Origin: a virus
Taxonomy: Duplodnaviria; Caudoviricetes
Length of the DNA stretch: 57,661 nucleotides
Reading direction: 5' to 3' (one strand)
IMG/VR virus record: IMGVR_UViG_3300029268_000020
Location: 1-57,661 of that record
Part shown: positions 1 through 9,825 of the stretch, in pieces
Layout of the letters: each line of letters opens with the position of its first letter
Numbering within the stretch: position 1 is the first letter of the stretch
Program-made: the position numbers and the translations under genes
Notes under the pieces: generated by a model
Seen by the model: the letters and a program-made list of their open reading frames with translations, nothing else
Databases searched by the model: none
What the model was told of the DNA's origin: nothing

Positions 1-4
1 AAGA

Positions 5-130
5 GGCCGCGGCGATCTGCTGGGTGTGGGGCTGGCCGTGGGCGGCGTTCCTCAAGCGGGGCGAGGCGGCGATCCCGGAGCCGAAGGCGTGGGCGGCCCA
101 GGAAAAGGACAAAGGACAAAGGACAAAGGA
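5..130. repeat. Terminal direct repeat (circular assembly overlap), left copy
   Basis: Identical to 57536-57661 (126 bp); bases 1-4 match 57531-57534 with a 1-bp gap. Confidence 0.95.
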
Positions 131-254
131 CAAAGTGGGGAAGGGAGCGAAGGACGGCAGGGGGAAAGCGGGGTGGCGGGACGGGAAGGCGGCGGCGGCC
201 GGGGAGCGGGAGGAGGACGAGGAGGAAGGAGAGGAAGAGGAAGGAGAGGAGTAG
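5..254 (+). CDS. C-terminal end of the ParB-family protein that starts at 54996 and crosses the circular join
   Basis: Same peptide as the end of the window (AAICWVWGWPWAAFLKRGE...), acidic tail, TAG at 252-254. Confidence 0.8.
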
Positions 255-329
255 GAGAGGGAATTTCAGATTTCAGATTTCAAATTTCAGATTCTAACCA
301 CGGATGACACGGAAGGCACGGATAGGACG

Positions 330-680
330 ATGGTCAAAATTACGCGGCAGTGGGCGACGATGCGGACGTTGGCGGAGGAGCGGCACTTTGAATGCCTGGG
401 AGGCAAGGTGCTGATTTATGCCCAGAGGTATAAGGAAGGCGGGGGACAGGTGATGCTGGAGGCGGGACGCAAGAGCCTGAGCGCGGGCGCGGCGATCGTT
501 CTGGCGGCGACGCTCGATGCGGCGGCCCGATTCGTGGGGGGCGAGGAGGTGACGCCGGAGATGCTGAGCGTCGTGGAGCAAGTGGACGGGGGAAAGACAA
601 AGGACAAAGGACAAAGGACGAAGGACAAAGGACAAAGGACTGAGGACGAAGGACTGAAGGCGGAGGCGAACGTAAATTAA
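330..680 (+). CDS. Hypothetical protein with in-frame heptamer repeat (KDKGQRT)
   Basis: ATG after AGGA, coding-like composition. Confidence 0.65.
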   Translation: MVKITRQWATMRTLAEERHFECLGGKVLIYAQRYKEGGGQVMLEAGRKSLSAGAAIVLAATLDAAARFVGGEEVTPEMLSVVEQVDGGKTKDKGQRTKDKGQRTEDEGLKAEANVN

Positions 681-689
681 CCCGCGGGG

Positions 690-1046
690 GTGGACGCGAT
701 GGAGTGGACGCTGCAAACGGCGGGATGGCTGTGGGGCGCGGGCGTGCTGACGCTGCTGGCCGAGTGGGTGTATCAGGAGGGAAAACGGGCGGGGCGGGCG
801 CAGTGGAAGCTCGAAGCCCGCAAGCTGCGCGAAGAGATCGAGGAGGTCCGGTACCAGGCGCGGGAGCTGAAGGACCAGAAGTGCGGGGCCTGGCGGACGG
901 GGCCAACGGTGTGCCTGGTGTGCTGGACGCGGGGGGTGAGCGTGCGGCCGGTGTGCGTGGGCGTGATGGAGTGCCCCAGGTGCGGGGAGATGGCGATGAT
1001 CGCGGCGGATGAATTAACCGCGGATGGCGCGGAGGGACGCGGATAA
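690..1046 (+). CDS. Hypothetical protein: N-terminal TM helix, coiled coil, CxxC...CxxC zinc ribbon
   Basis: WLWGAGVLTLLA; CLVC and CPRC. Confidence 0.65.
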   Translation: MDAMEWTLQTAGWLWGAGVLTLLAEWVYQEGKRAGRAQWKLEARKLREEIEEVRYQARELKDQKCGAWRTGPTVCLVCWTRGVSVRPVCVGVMECPRCGEMAMIAADELTADGAEGRG

Positions 1047-1079
1047 CCACGAAAAACTCTGAAGACACGAAAAGGAGAA

Positions 1080-1475
1080 ATGGAGATGGAAGGCAATGCG
1101 GACGGGGCCGGGCTGGCTTATTCGATTGACGGGGAGCAGTTCACGGACGACCTGGAGGAGCTGTTGACGGATTACATCGCCGAATTTGTGGAGCCGGGCG
1201 AGCCGCGGCCGCAGAAGGTGCCGGTCAAGATGGGGCAGGTGCGGCGCTTCAAGGCCAGCGAATTCGCCGGCGGCTGCGCCGAGCGGCTGCTGGACGAGCT
1301 GCGCGACAACGCCGGAGACAACGCGGGGGAGTTTGCCGAAAGCTGGCTGGAGGAGGTCGCGCCGGAGCAGGAGCGGGACCTGGAGGAGCGGCTTAAGCAG
1401 GCGCTGGACGAGTGGGCGGAGGCCCAAGGGCACCAGCCGCGGTTCTACCTGGTGGAAAAGGTAAAGGACGCCTAG
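1080..1475 (+). CDS. Acidic phage hypothetical protein
   Basis: AAGGAG SD before ATG; coding-like ORF. Confidence 0.8.
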   Translation: MEMEGNADGAGLAYSIDGEQFTDDLEELLTDYIAEFVEPGEPRPQKVPVKMGQVRRFKASEFAGGCAERLLDELRDNAGDNAGEFAESWLEEVAPEQERDLEERLKQALDEWAEAQGHQPRFYLVEKVKDA

Positions 1476-1603
1476 GTCGACGTCGAGGAAGTGCTGGGGA
1501 AGGAAGCCGCGGGGCAGGCCACGGACTAAAACCACGGATGACACGGAGAGCACGGATGAATGAGGGCGAGCAAAACCACGGATCACACGGAGGGACGCGG
1601 ATA

Positions 1604-2275
1604 ATGGGGTGTAAACATCGGCGGATTGACCAGAATACCTTATGCTGCTTCGATTGCGGCGAGCTGGCGGCCAATCCGGGGAAGGAGCGGACGGGGGCGT
1701 CCGCGCTCCCAGGGGAGGGCCGCACGGGGCGATGGGTGCCGACGTTCAGCGGGGGGAAGGTGTGGCCGCGGGAGCCGCGGGCCGAGGAGATCAGGATCGA
1801 GGACATCGCCCACGGGTTATCCATGCTGTGCCGGTATACCGGGGCAACGCGATGGTTTTATTCGGTGGCGCAGCACTCGGTGTTGGTGGCGCGGGCCTGC
1901 CGACCGGAGAACAAGGGATGGGGGCTGCTGCACGACGCAGCCGAGGCCTACCTGGGCGACGTGAGCGCGCCGATCCGGGCGATGTTCAAGTATTGCGAAT
2001 TCGATATGGCAGAACTTCGACTGCTGGAAGTGATCGGGGTTAAGTTCGGACTGGAGCCAGGCTGGAAGAATTTGCTACCTCAGGAGGTAGTCGAGGCGGA
2101 CTTGAGGATCCGGATCAACGAGAAGCGCTTGCTGCTGAATGGGGCGCTGAGCTACATCGAGCCGCACGAGCTGGCGCTGGAGCGGCTGAAGATGGGGGAG
2201 ATCGAGATGTGGAGTCCGGAGGTGGCGGAGGGGATGTTCATGAGTGAGTTCCGGAGGATATTCAAGGATTTTTAA
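1604..2275 (+). CDS. HD-domain phosphohydrolase (YfbR-like 5'-deoxynucleotidase)
   Basis: IEDIAHGLS..CRY.G...YSVAQHS..LLHDAAEAYLGD motifs; start moved to ATG 1604. Confidence 0.88.
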   Translation: MGCKHRRIDQNTLCCFDCGELAANPGKERTGASALPGEGRTGRWVPTFSGGKVWPREPRAEEIRIEDIAHGLSMLCRYTGATRWFYSVAQHSVLVARACRPENKGWGLLHDAAEAYLGDVSAPIRAMFKYCEFDMAELRLLEVIGVKFGLEPGWKNLLPQEVVEADLRIRINEKRLLLNGALSYIEPHELALERLKMGEIEMWSPEVAEGMFMSEFRRIFKDF

Positions 2276-2387
2276 CCACGGATGGCACGGATGGGCACGG
2301 ATAAGGGATTTTAACCACGGATGGCACGGATGGGTGCGGATGGGGAAAATGTTACAAATTTTGGCGAAACGGGGTTTGGCGTAACAA

Positions 2388-2699
2388 ATGGACGGAGACC
2401 GGGTGAGTTGCCTGATGCTGATGGTGGGGCTGAACCGGGAGGAGTTCGCGGCGCTGCTGGGCGTGGAGCGGATGACGGTGTGGCGCTGGGAGCAGGGGCG
2501 GGCCAGGCCGCGGCGCGAGCAGGCCGAGCTGATGGAGCGGCTGTGGCGGGCGCTGCTGGAGCTGGCCGAGGGGGAGGCGGGGGAACTGGTGCTGGCGGCG
2601 CTGGAGCAGCGGGACCGGGCGGGGTGGTGGCGGGGGTGGATCGAAGGACAAAGGACAAAGGACGAAGGACAAATGGCCGGGATGGTTGGGAATGAGTGA
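2388..2699 (+). CDS. XRE-type helix-turn-helix protein
   Basis: GLNREEFAALLGVERMTVWRWEQGRARP. Confidence 0.82.
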   Translation: MDGDRVSCLMLMVGLNREEFAALLGVERMTVWRWEQGRARPRREQAELMERLWRALLELAEGEAGELVLAALEQRDRAGWWRGWIEGQRTKDEGQMAGMVGNE

Positions 2700-2797
2700 C
2701 CACGAAACACACATGACACGAAATAAATGGAAAGTAAACCGGGATTTGCGGGGGTTTTTGTCTAGTAAACGGGGACTTTACACGAGGTGGACGGGGC

Positions 2798-3700
2798 ATG
2801 CGGACGATTTATGAACCTTCAGGCAAGGCGCGGGAGTACTCGCCGCTGGCGCTGAATATTTATTTGGGCTGCGACCACGGGTGCGTTTACTGCTACGCGC
2901 GGGACAATAAGCGGGGCGGGGCGGAGGGGCCGGTCAAGGCGCGGGCGGGGCTGGTGGCGGCGCTGGAGCTGGAACTGCAGAAGCGGGTGGTGACGCAGCA
3001 GGTGCTGCTGTGCTTCACGTGCGACCCGTACCCGATGGCGCCGGAGTATCACCTGACGCACGACGTGCTCAAGGTGCTGCTGGCGCACAAGGTGCCGACG
3101 GCGATCCTGACCAAGGGCGGGGCGCGGTGCCATGCGGACCTGGCCCTGTTCAAGCGCTATGGGGTGCAGGGCGTGCCGCTCAAGGTGGGGGCCAGCCTGA
3201 CGCTGTTTGACGCGGAGGCGTCGGCGCGGCTGGAGCCGGGGGCGGCGCTGCCTGACGAGCGCCTGGCGACGCTGGAGATGCTGCACGAGGCGGGGGTGAG
3301 GACCTGGGTGAGCTTCGAGCCGGTCGTCGACCCGGAGCAGACGCTGGACCTGATGGCCGCCGCGACGCCGTGGGTGGATGAATACAAGATCGGCAAGCTC
3401 AACCACGATCCGGCGGCCGAGGCGGCGATCGACTGGGGGGCGTTCGGGAGGCGGGCGGTGCTGCTGGCCAGGAAGCTGGGCAAGCGGTTTTATGTGAAGG
3501 AGGATTTGCGCAAGGCGATGGGAGGCAGAAAGGAGGTGGACGACGTGGAGTTGACCGCGGCGGAGACGGACCAGGACGCGCTGACCTTAAGAAGCGCGGA
3601 GTGCGGAGTACGGAGCGCGGAAATGGGGAATGCGGAGTGCGGAGTGCGAAATGCGGAAACGGAAAAGGAGGGGCCAGGGGGGCAGCTATCGTTATTTTAA
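2798..3700 (+). CDS. Radical SAM protein (spore photoproduct lyase-like)
   Basis: CxxxCxxC (CDHGCVYC), DPYP, ILTK, LEPGA..P..RL, SFEP motifs; ends in QLSLF. Confidence 0.88.
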   Translation: MRTIYEPSGKAREYSPLALNIYLGCDHGCVYCYARDNKRGGAEGPVKARAGLVAALELELQKRVVTQQVLLCFTCDPYPMAPEYHLTHDVLKVLLAHKVPTAILTKGGARCHADLALFKRYGVQGVPLKVGASLTLFDAEASARLEPGAALPDERLATLEMLHEAGVRTWVSFEPVVDPEQTLDLMAAATPWVDEYKIGKLNHDPAAEAAIDWGAFGRRAVLLARKLGKRFYVKEDLRKAMGGRKEVDDVELTAAETDQDALTLRSAECGVRSAEMGNAECGVRNAETEKEGPGGQLSLF

Positions 3701-3774
3701 CCGCGGATGACGCGGAGGGCGCGGATGGAAACCGTCTTTAAGGGACGGTAATCAACAAACAGCGGAGGAGAGAG

Positions 3775-4013
3775 ATGGATCGAACAAAGATCGTAGTGTT
3801 GGACCGGGGATTCGTCTACGTCGGCCAGGTGGACCTGGACGAAAAATTCTGCACGATCAGCGGGGCCAAATGCATCCGGCGCTGGGGAACCACCAAGGGC
3901 CTGGGGGAACTGGCCCTGGAAGGACCGAAGCTGATGACAAAAATGGACCCGACCGGGACCGTGAAGGCGCCGATGCGCGCGGTGATCACGCTGATCGACA
4001 CCGAGGCAGCCTT

Positions 4014-4029
<16 letters not shown>
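3775..4029 (+). CDS. Small phage protein of the type typically found before Gly-Asp/Gly-Tyr repeat genes (DUF6948-like)
   Basis: IVVLDRGFVYVG...IRRWGTTKGLGELALEGP; GGAGGAG SD. Confidence 0.75.
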
Positions 4030-4265
<236 letters not shown>

Positions 4266-4270
4266 TCTTA

Positions 4271-4314
4271 CCTGGGCGCGGCGCCCGCCCTACGGGCAGG
4301 ACGCCGCGCCCAGG
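4271..4314. promoter_or_regulatory. Strong hairpin upstream of the replication gene
   Basis: CCTGGGCGCGGCG (4271-4283) pairs with CGCCGCGCCCAGG (4302-4314). Confidence 0.5.
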
Positions 4315-4372
4315 GATTGACCACGGTCCGCTTGAGGACCAGGCAAAAGCAACCTGTTGAGGAGCAGCATGA

Positions 4373-5350
4373 GTGCCACGGCAACGCATGATCAAACCGG
4401 AATTTCTTTCGAGCGAGACGATGGGAAGACTTTCGTTCCCGGCACGGCTGGCCTACGTGGGCAGTTGGATGCTGGCGGACGACGAGGGCAAGTGCCGAGG
4501 GGCGCTTCCCTACCTGCAAGGGCAGATTTTTCCCTTTGAGGAAACACGGATCGATATGGCGAAGATCCGCGATCGGCTGGCTGAGGCGGAGCGCTGGTTT
4601 GTCTATCAAGTGGGTGGCATGTCATATATCTGGTTGCCCCGGTTCTGGGCGCACCAGACGATTAACCGGCCATATCGGAGCTCGATCCCCGATCCACCGC
4701 AAGAGGCAATCGTGGCGGCGTCGGAACGGGTGCAGGAGTGGCATGCGCGGTGGATAGCCTGGCGGAAGATGCAGGAGTGGGAAGTGCGCAAAGGCGAAGA
4801 AAGACGCGGAATACGCAATGCGGAATGCGTAGTGCGCAATGAGGCGGAAGGAGAGTCAGAAGAGTCGTGGAATGGTGAAAACAATGGGCTTGCCCATTCA
4901 GTGAATGATTCCGTGAGCCATTCACGCTCTAATACTAAATCTAAGACTAAATCTAAATCGGATAGCGCGCTGGCGCGCGGGAGGCCAAAACCAAAAAGAA
5001 ATACCGGAATGCGGAATGCGGAATGCGGGGCGGAGGCGCCGGTGCAGGGGGACCTGCTGGAGGCGGCGGGGGAACTGACGGCGGCGGGAGCGACGACGTG
5101 GGACCTGGCGCTGGCGAAACTGCGGGGGACGATGGACCGGGAGTCCTTCGCGACCTGGCTGATGCCGCTGCGGTGCCTGAGGCTGGACGGCGCGCGGGGG
5201 GAAGTGGTGCTGGGTGTGCCGAGCGAGTTTTGCCGTCACTGGATCGAGCGCGATTATGGCACGGCGATCCGGGAGACGCTGAGTGAGATCACGGCGGCAG
5301 GAGCGGAGGGGCGGGCGTGGGAGGTGGAATACCGGATCGTGGGGGACTGA
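4373..5350 (+). CDS. Phage replication initiator with C-terminal DnaA N-terminal-like domain
   Basis: N-terminal RQRMIKPEF...ADDEG initiator motif; C-terminal WDLALAKL...SFATWL.PL...LGVPSEF..HWIE..Y. Confidence 0.82.
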   Translation: MPRQRMIKPEFLSSETMGRLSFPARLAYVGSWMLADDEGKCRGALPYLQGQIFPFEETRIDMAKIRDRLAEAERWFVYQVGGMSYIWLPRFWAHQTINRPYRSSIPDPPQEAIVAASERVQEWHARWIAWRKMQEWEVRKGEERRGIRNAECVVRNEAEGESEESWNGENNGLAHSVNDSVSHSRSNTKSKTKSKSDSALARGRPKPKRNTGMRNAECGAEAPVQGDLLEAAGELTAAGATTWDLALAKLRGTMDRESFATWLMPLRCLRLDGARGEVVLGVPSEFCRHWIERDYGTAIRETLSEITAAGAEGRAWEVEYRIVGD

Positions 5351-5429
5351 GGAGATTTAACCACGGATGGCACGGAAGGCGCGGATACAATTGGGAGTGA
5401 AACCACGAAAGACACGGAGCACACTGAAA

Positions 5430-5648
5430 ATGGGACAGGATAGCGAATACCGGGTGGTGCGGACGAAGTGGGGAGTGGCGGTGTATGGAATCGTGCCGGC
5501 GGGGGAGGTTTGCGTGTTGCTGAAGCACTGGGAGGAGGCGAGGGGCTGGGATATGGTGGACTCGCGGATCGGGGAGAAGCTTGGGGCGACGATCGTGGTG
5601 GGGGAGCGGAAGGAGTTGGAGTGTTGGCGCGAGGATTTGGGAATTTAA
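5430..5648 (+). CDS. Hypothetical protein
   Basis: ORF between two nonamer repeats. Confidence 0.6.
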   Translation: MGQDSEYRVVRTKWGVAVYGIVPAGEVCVLLKHWEEARGWDMVDSRIGEKLGATIVVGERKELECWREDLGI

Positions 5649-5686
5649 ACCACGAAAGACACGGATCTCACACAAAGGAGCTGACG

Positions 5687-5959
5687 ATGGAGCGGGACGC
5701 GCGGGCTCCGGGCGAGGAAAAGGACAAAGGACAAAGGACAAAGGACAACAATGCCGAGGTGACGACCTACGTAGGGGCGCGAGTCAGCCTGGAGCTGCTG
5801 ACGCGTTTCAAGGCGGCTGTGGGGCGGGTCAACCTGGAGCGGCAGGAGGAGGGGCGGCCGGCCTACCGCCAGGCGGACGCGCTGGAGGAGGCGCTGCGGC
5901 TGTGGCTGGGAGAGAAGGTGACCACGGAAGAGGGGCGGGGGGATTTGAACCACGGATGA
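5687..5959 (+). CDS. Ribbon-helix-helix-like DNA-binding protein
   Basis: AAGGAG SD; YVGARVSLELLTRFKAAV...QADALEEALRLWL. Confidence 0.65.
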   Translation: MERDARAPGEEKDKGQRTKDNNAEVTTYVGARVSLELLTRFKAAVGRVNLERQEEGRPAYRQADALEEALRLWLGEKVTTEEGRGDLNHG

Positions 5960-6285
5960 CGCGGAGGGCGCGGATTGGGAAAGGAAAGGACGGTGCGCAA
6001 ATGAGTATCTTAACGACGTTCATTACCCGCGAGGGATTCATGGTGCTGGTGGAAATTCCACACATCTCCGTTCAACTTCAACACAACCCAGGAATCGCGC
6101 GCCTGGCCTCCGCCGGCGCCGGCGCGATTGTCGTTTGACCCCCCGACGCGCGCGCGTCCAACAAAATTCACCGTAAATAGAACCGCGGATGACGCGGAAG
6201 GCGCGGATTGGGAACGGATCATGGGGCGCTGGTGACTTGAGGGCACCGGCGTTTTTTTATTGTGTTGGAGCGGGCCAGTATAAAT

Positions 6286-6307
6286 TTAGATTTTTATAAA
6301 AATCTAA
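6286..6307. promoter_or_regulatory. Perfect 22-bp AT-rich palindrome in the late control region
   Basis: TTAGATTTTTA|TAAAAATCTAA inside an AT-rich island before terS. Confidence 0.55.
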
Positions 6308-6492
6308 GCGCTTCTCTTTTCGGGCGGATCCCCCCTTAATTAAATTTGAGTTGCTGGTTTGAAAATCGAGCGCCCGGCCGATGGTTGGAAGATACCGGGC
6401 CGGGCGCTTCTGTAGTGCTGAATGATGAGTGCTGAATGATGGGGAAAAGGACAAAGGACAAAGGACAAAGGACAAAGGAGCGGGCGGACAAG

Positions 6493-7110
6493 ATGTCCGC
6501 GCTCCCAAAGAAGCGGCGGCGGGGGCCGACGCCGCCGGTTGTGATTGAAGCGCCGGAGGCTGTAGAGCTGGGGGCGCGACAGCTTTTGTTCGTCAAGGAA
6601 TACCTGGTCGACCTGAACGCGACGCAGGCGGCGATCCGGGCGGGCTACAGCAAACGGACGGCCGGCGTGCAGGGTCCGCGGCTGTTAGGAAATGTTAGCG
6701 TCAGGAAGATGATCCAGGAGGGGCTGGAGCGGCAGGCCTTACAGGCGGACAAGGACGCCCAGGCGGTGATCAAGGAGCTGGAGCGGCTGGCGTTCGCGAA
6801 CATGCTGGACTTCATTCAGGTGGGGGCGGACGGCAGTGCCAACCTGGACCTGTCGCGGCTGACGCGGGAGCAGGCGGCGGCGATCCAGGAGATCACGACG
6901 GACGAATACATGGACGGCACGGGCGAGGACGCGCGGCCGGTGCGGCGGACGAAAGTCAAGCTGGTTTCCAAGTCCCGGATGCTGGAGCTGCTGGGCAAAC
7001 ATCACGGACTGTTCGTGCAGAAGGTGGAGATGGTGGGGGCCAAGGCGGGGCCGCTGGCGGGCATGAGCGAGGAGCAGTTGCGCAGGATCGTGGAGGGCTG
7101 CGGGGAGTAG
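6493..7110 (+). CDS. terS: Terminase small subunit
   Basis: FVKEYLVDLNATQAAIRAGYS..TA...G.RLL; ELLGKHHGLF; start uncertain (6436 or 6493). Confidence 0.92.
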   Translation: MSALPKKRRRGPTPPVVIEAPEAVELGARQLLFVKEYLVDLNATQAAIRAGYSKRTAGVQGPRLLGNVSVRKMIQEGLERQALQADKDAQAVIKELERLAFANMLDFIQVGADGSANLDLSRLTREQAAAIQEITTDEYMDGTGEDARPVRRTKVKLVSKSRMLELLGKHHGLFVQKVEMVGAKAGPLAGMSEEQLRRIVEGCGE

Positions 7111-7219
7111 GAAAAGTGGAGAATGCGGAATGCGGAATACGCAAAGCGGAATGCGAAAGATCGGACGGGCGGCGCGGGCGTTGGGCCTGGCGCTGCTGTT
7201 TTTTTGCGGGTCTGCTGTG

Positions 7220-8710
7220 ATGGTAGAGGCGAGTAATAGTCCGGGCGCGGAGCAACGGCGCGCGGTGTGGCTTGAGGCGCGGCGGGAGCTGGCGCGTCGC
7301 TGCCACCTGGATTTCATGAAATACACCTGGCGGACGCCGGCGAGCCCGTTGATCGAGGGGCGGCACACGCGGGAGGTGGCCGAGCGGCTGGACCGGGCCG
7401 AGGCGGACCTGGCGCGGAGCAAGAGCTCCTACTTGATCGTGACCTTGCCGCCGCGGCACGGCAAGAGCGACCTGGTATCGCGCTACTGGCCGCCGAAGGT
7501 GCTGGGCCGCAACCCAGACCTGGAGATCATCCTGACGACTTATGGCGCCGTGCTGAGCGAGGAAATGAGTCGCGACGCGCGTGGCGTTTTAAGCAGCGCG
7601 GAATTTCGGGAGTTGTTCCCGGACGTGCGCCTGGACCCGGAAAAGAGCGCGGTGGGGTTCTGGGCGATCGATGGGCGGCGCGGAAAACTGCGGGCGGCCG
7701 GCCTGGACGGCGGGATTACGGGCAAGGGCGCCGACGTGCTGATCGTGGACGACTACCAGAAGAATCGCAAGGAAGCGGAATCGCCAACGATCCGCCAGGG
7801 CAACTGGGATTCATTCACCAACGATTTAATGACGCGTCTTGCTCCGGCCCACATCGTGGTCATCCTGGCCACACGCTGGCATGTGAACGATCTGATTGGA
7901 CGCATCCTGGAGATGATGAAAACCAACCCAGAATTCCCGCACTTTGAGGTCATGCATTTTCCGGCGCGGACTGAAACGACTAGGCCAGACGGGACGCGCC
8001 AAACGCGGTGGCTTTTTCCGGAGCGCTTCAGCGAGGAGTATTACCTGCGGACGTTCGCGACGCTGGGAGCGTATGCGGCCGCGGCGCTGATGCAGGGCGA
8101 GCCGACGCTGCGCGGCGGCAACATGCTAAAGGTGGAGAACATCCAGATCGTCGACGAGATGCCGGCGGGGCTGCTGTGGGTGCGGATGTGGGACCTGGCC
8201 TCGACGGAGAAAGAGCGTGACCTGGACGATCCGGACTGGACGGTGGGGGCGAAGATCGCGGCGAAGGTGGTGAACGGCGCCGAATGGCTGTTTATCGACG
8301 ACATGCGCTGGTGCCAGGCCGAGGCGCTGACGCGCAACAAGCTGATCCGGGATACGGCGTTGGCGGACGGTCCGGGGGTGTGGCAGGCGATCGAGGATGT
8401 CGGCGGATATAAAGACTGCGTGACGACGATGAAGAACATTTTGAAGGGCAAGTCGATCGTGCACGAGGTGACCAATCGTCCGGACAAGGTGGTTTGCGCC
8501 GGCGAGGTGGAACCGATCTATTCCGAGGGCCATGTGGTCATGCGGCGCGGCTGGTGGAACCAGGAAGCAATCCAGGAGATGGCGGATTTCCCCAATGGGG
8601 TGCATGACGACAAGGTGGACGCGGTGACCAAGGGATGGCCGCTGGCGCTAGAGCGCTGGAATAAGGCCGGAAAGTTCGGGGCGCCGGCGATGCGGCGGGG
8701 AATGGTGTAG
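7220..8710 (+). CDS. terL: Terminase large subunit
   Basis: PPRHGKS Walker A, LIVDD Walker B, WDLAS..DWTVG nuclease motif, FPNGVHDDKVDA; start uncertain (7130-7220). Confidence 0.95.
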   Translation: MVEASNSPGAEQRRAVWLEARRELARRCHLDFMKYTWRTPASPLIEGRHTREVAERLDRAEADLARSKSSYLIVTLPPRHGKSDLVSRYWPPKVLGRNPDLEIILTTYGAVLSEEMSRDARGVLSSAEFRELFPDVRLDPEKSAVGFWAIDGRRGKLRAAGLDGGITGKGADVLIVDDYQKNRKEAESPTIRQGNWDSFTNDLMTRLAPAHIVVILATRWHVNDLIGRILEMMKTNPEFPHFEVMHFPARTETTRPDGTRQTRWLFPERFSEEYYLRTFATLGAYAAAALMQGEPTLRGGNMLKVENIQIVDEMPAGLLWVRMWDLASTEKERDLDDPDWTVGAKIAAKVVNGAEWLFIDDMRWCQAEALTRNKLIRDTALADGPGVWQAIEDVGGYKDCVTTMKNILKGKSIVHEVTNRPDKVVCAGEVEPIYSEGHVVMRRGWWNQEAIQEMADFPNGVHDDKVDAVTKGWPLALERWNKAGKFGAPAMRRGMV

Positions 8711-8760
8711 GGGGATTGTAGATTGGAGATTGTAGATTGCGGATTGAGGATTGAGTCGAA

Positions 8761-9432
8761 ATGAGCGAATGGCTGGGGGCGACAGAGCGGTACCGGATCG
8801 AGAAGGCGGGGATGGCGCACCTGGTTTACCCGGAAGGGTCGGTGGTGCCGACGGGCGACTACCGGGCGCTGGTGGGCGTGGCGGCGCCGGCGGACGGGGC
8901 GATGGGATTCGCGGCGCTGTGCCTGTATGAGCCGAAGCGGGGGCGGGTCTACGTGGCCGAGGAGGAGGAATTCGACGTGGCGGCGCCGGTGGTGCGCGAG
9001 CGGCGGGTGGAGGCCTACCCGGCGCTGGCGCCGCTGATGAACCGCTGGCTGCACGACTATTACTGCGCGGCTTACTGGCTGGCCGAGCCTTATTACCGCC
9101 TGGAGCTGGAGGGGCTGGGTGCGTTGACGTTTTTGCCGGAGCTGTTGCCGGCGCGCTGGCCGAACGAAGCCGAGGGGCTGATGTTCCTGACGTGCCTGGG
9201 GGCGGCGGGCGACCTGGTGGCGCGGGCCGGCGGCCGGCTCGAACAGGCGATGACGCAACACGAGGCGGACGGGACGCTGGAGGCGCCGCTGAAGGCGATG
9301 CTGGCGGCGGGATGGGGGTTGCGGCTGCTGCGCGAGGAGGCGCGGGCGACGCGTGAAGGGGCGGCGGCCAGGGCGCAGGCGCTCCTGGCGGCGCAATACG
9401 GGCAGGGGAGAGGGGCGGCGGGGTGCTGGTAG
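8761..9432 (+). CDS. Hypothetical protein
   Basis: 223-aa ORF with genome-typical codon use. Confidence 0.7.
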   Translation: MSEWLGATERYRIEKAGMAHLVYPEGSVVPTGDYRALVGVAAPADGAMGFAALCLYEPKRGRVYVAEEEEFDVAAPVVRERRVEAYPALAPLMNRWLHDYYCAAYWLAEPYYRLELEGLGALTFLPELLPARWPNEAEGLMFLTCLGAAGDLVARAGGRLEQAMTQHEADGTLEAPLKAMLAAGWGLRLLREEARATREGAAARAQALLAAQYGQGRGAAGCW

Positions 9433-9585
9433 GAGGAGAAGAAGGACAAAGGACAAAGGACGAAGGACAAAGGGAATTTCAGATTTCAGATTTCAAATTT
9501 CAGATTGACGGAGAAGAGGACAGAGGCGAAGGGAATTTCAGATTTCAGATTTTTGGGGGAAACGGGACGAAGGACGCAAAGCAGA

Positions 9586-9825
9586 ATGAGTGTTTACAGC
9601 GGGACACCCACCGATACGCGAACCATGATGGTTCGACTTCTTGATAACTGGATTGCGCAACTCCAGCGAGTGGGATTCTTGCCTTCCGTGGCCGCGGACT
9701 GGGCGATGACCTGCCAGTTCAATCAGCCGATGTCGATCTATACAACGCCACCCTGGGTCAAGTGGAACTCACAGCCTTCCATGAAAATGTGGGATGAGCT
9801 GTTTCCTTCCGAGGACAAAGGATAA
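9586..9825 (+). CDS. Small hypothetical protein between repeat blocks
   Basis: 79-aa ORF with lower GC. Confidence 0.5.
   Translation: MSVYSGTPTDTRTMMVRLLDNWIAQLQRVGFLPSVAADWAMTCQFNQPMSIYTTPPWVKWNSQPSMKMWDELFPSEDKG

Noticed and set aside
1604-2275. Z-base (2-aminoadenine) pathway suggested by the HD hydrolase
   Set aside because: No PurZ or phage DNA polymerase gene is seen
6001-6138. 45-aa ORF MSILTTFITREGF..., and a 28-aa ORF at 16770-16856
   Set aside because: Too short and without motifs to support a call
6286-6307. Protelomerase (telRL) site of a linear plasmid-prophage
   Set aside because: No protelomerase gene recognised; integrase plus tRNA attP indicates integration
7130-7230. 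Signal-peptide-like N-terminus on TerL (MRKIGRAARALGLALLFFCGSAVMVEA)
   Set aside because: The ATGs come from the AATGCGG repeat and the hydrophobic run coincides with a GC stem plus T-tract; an exported terminase is implausible and a start near 7220 is more likely, though not proven
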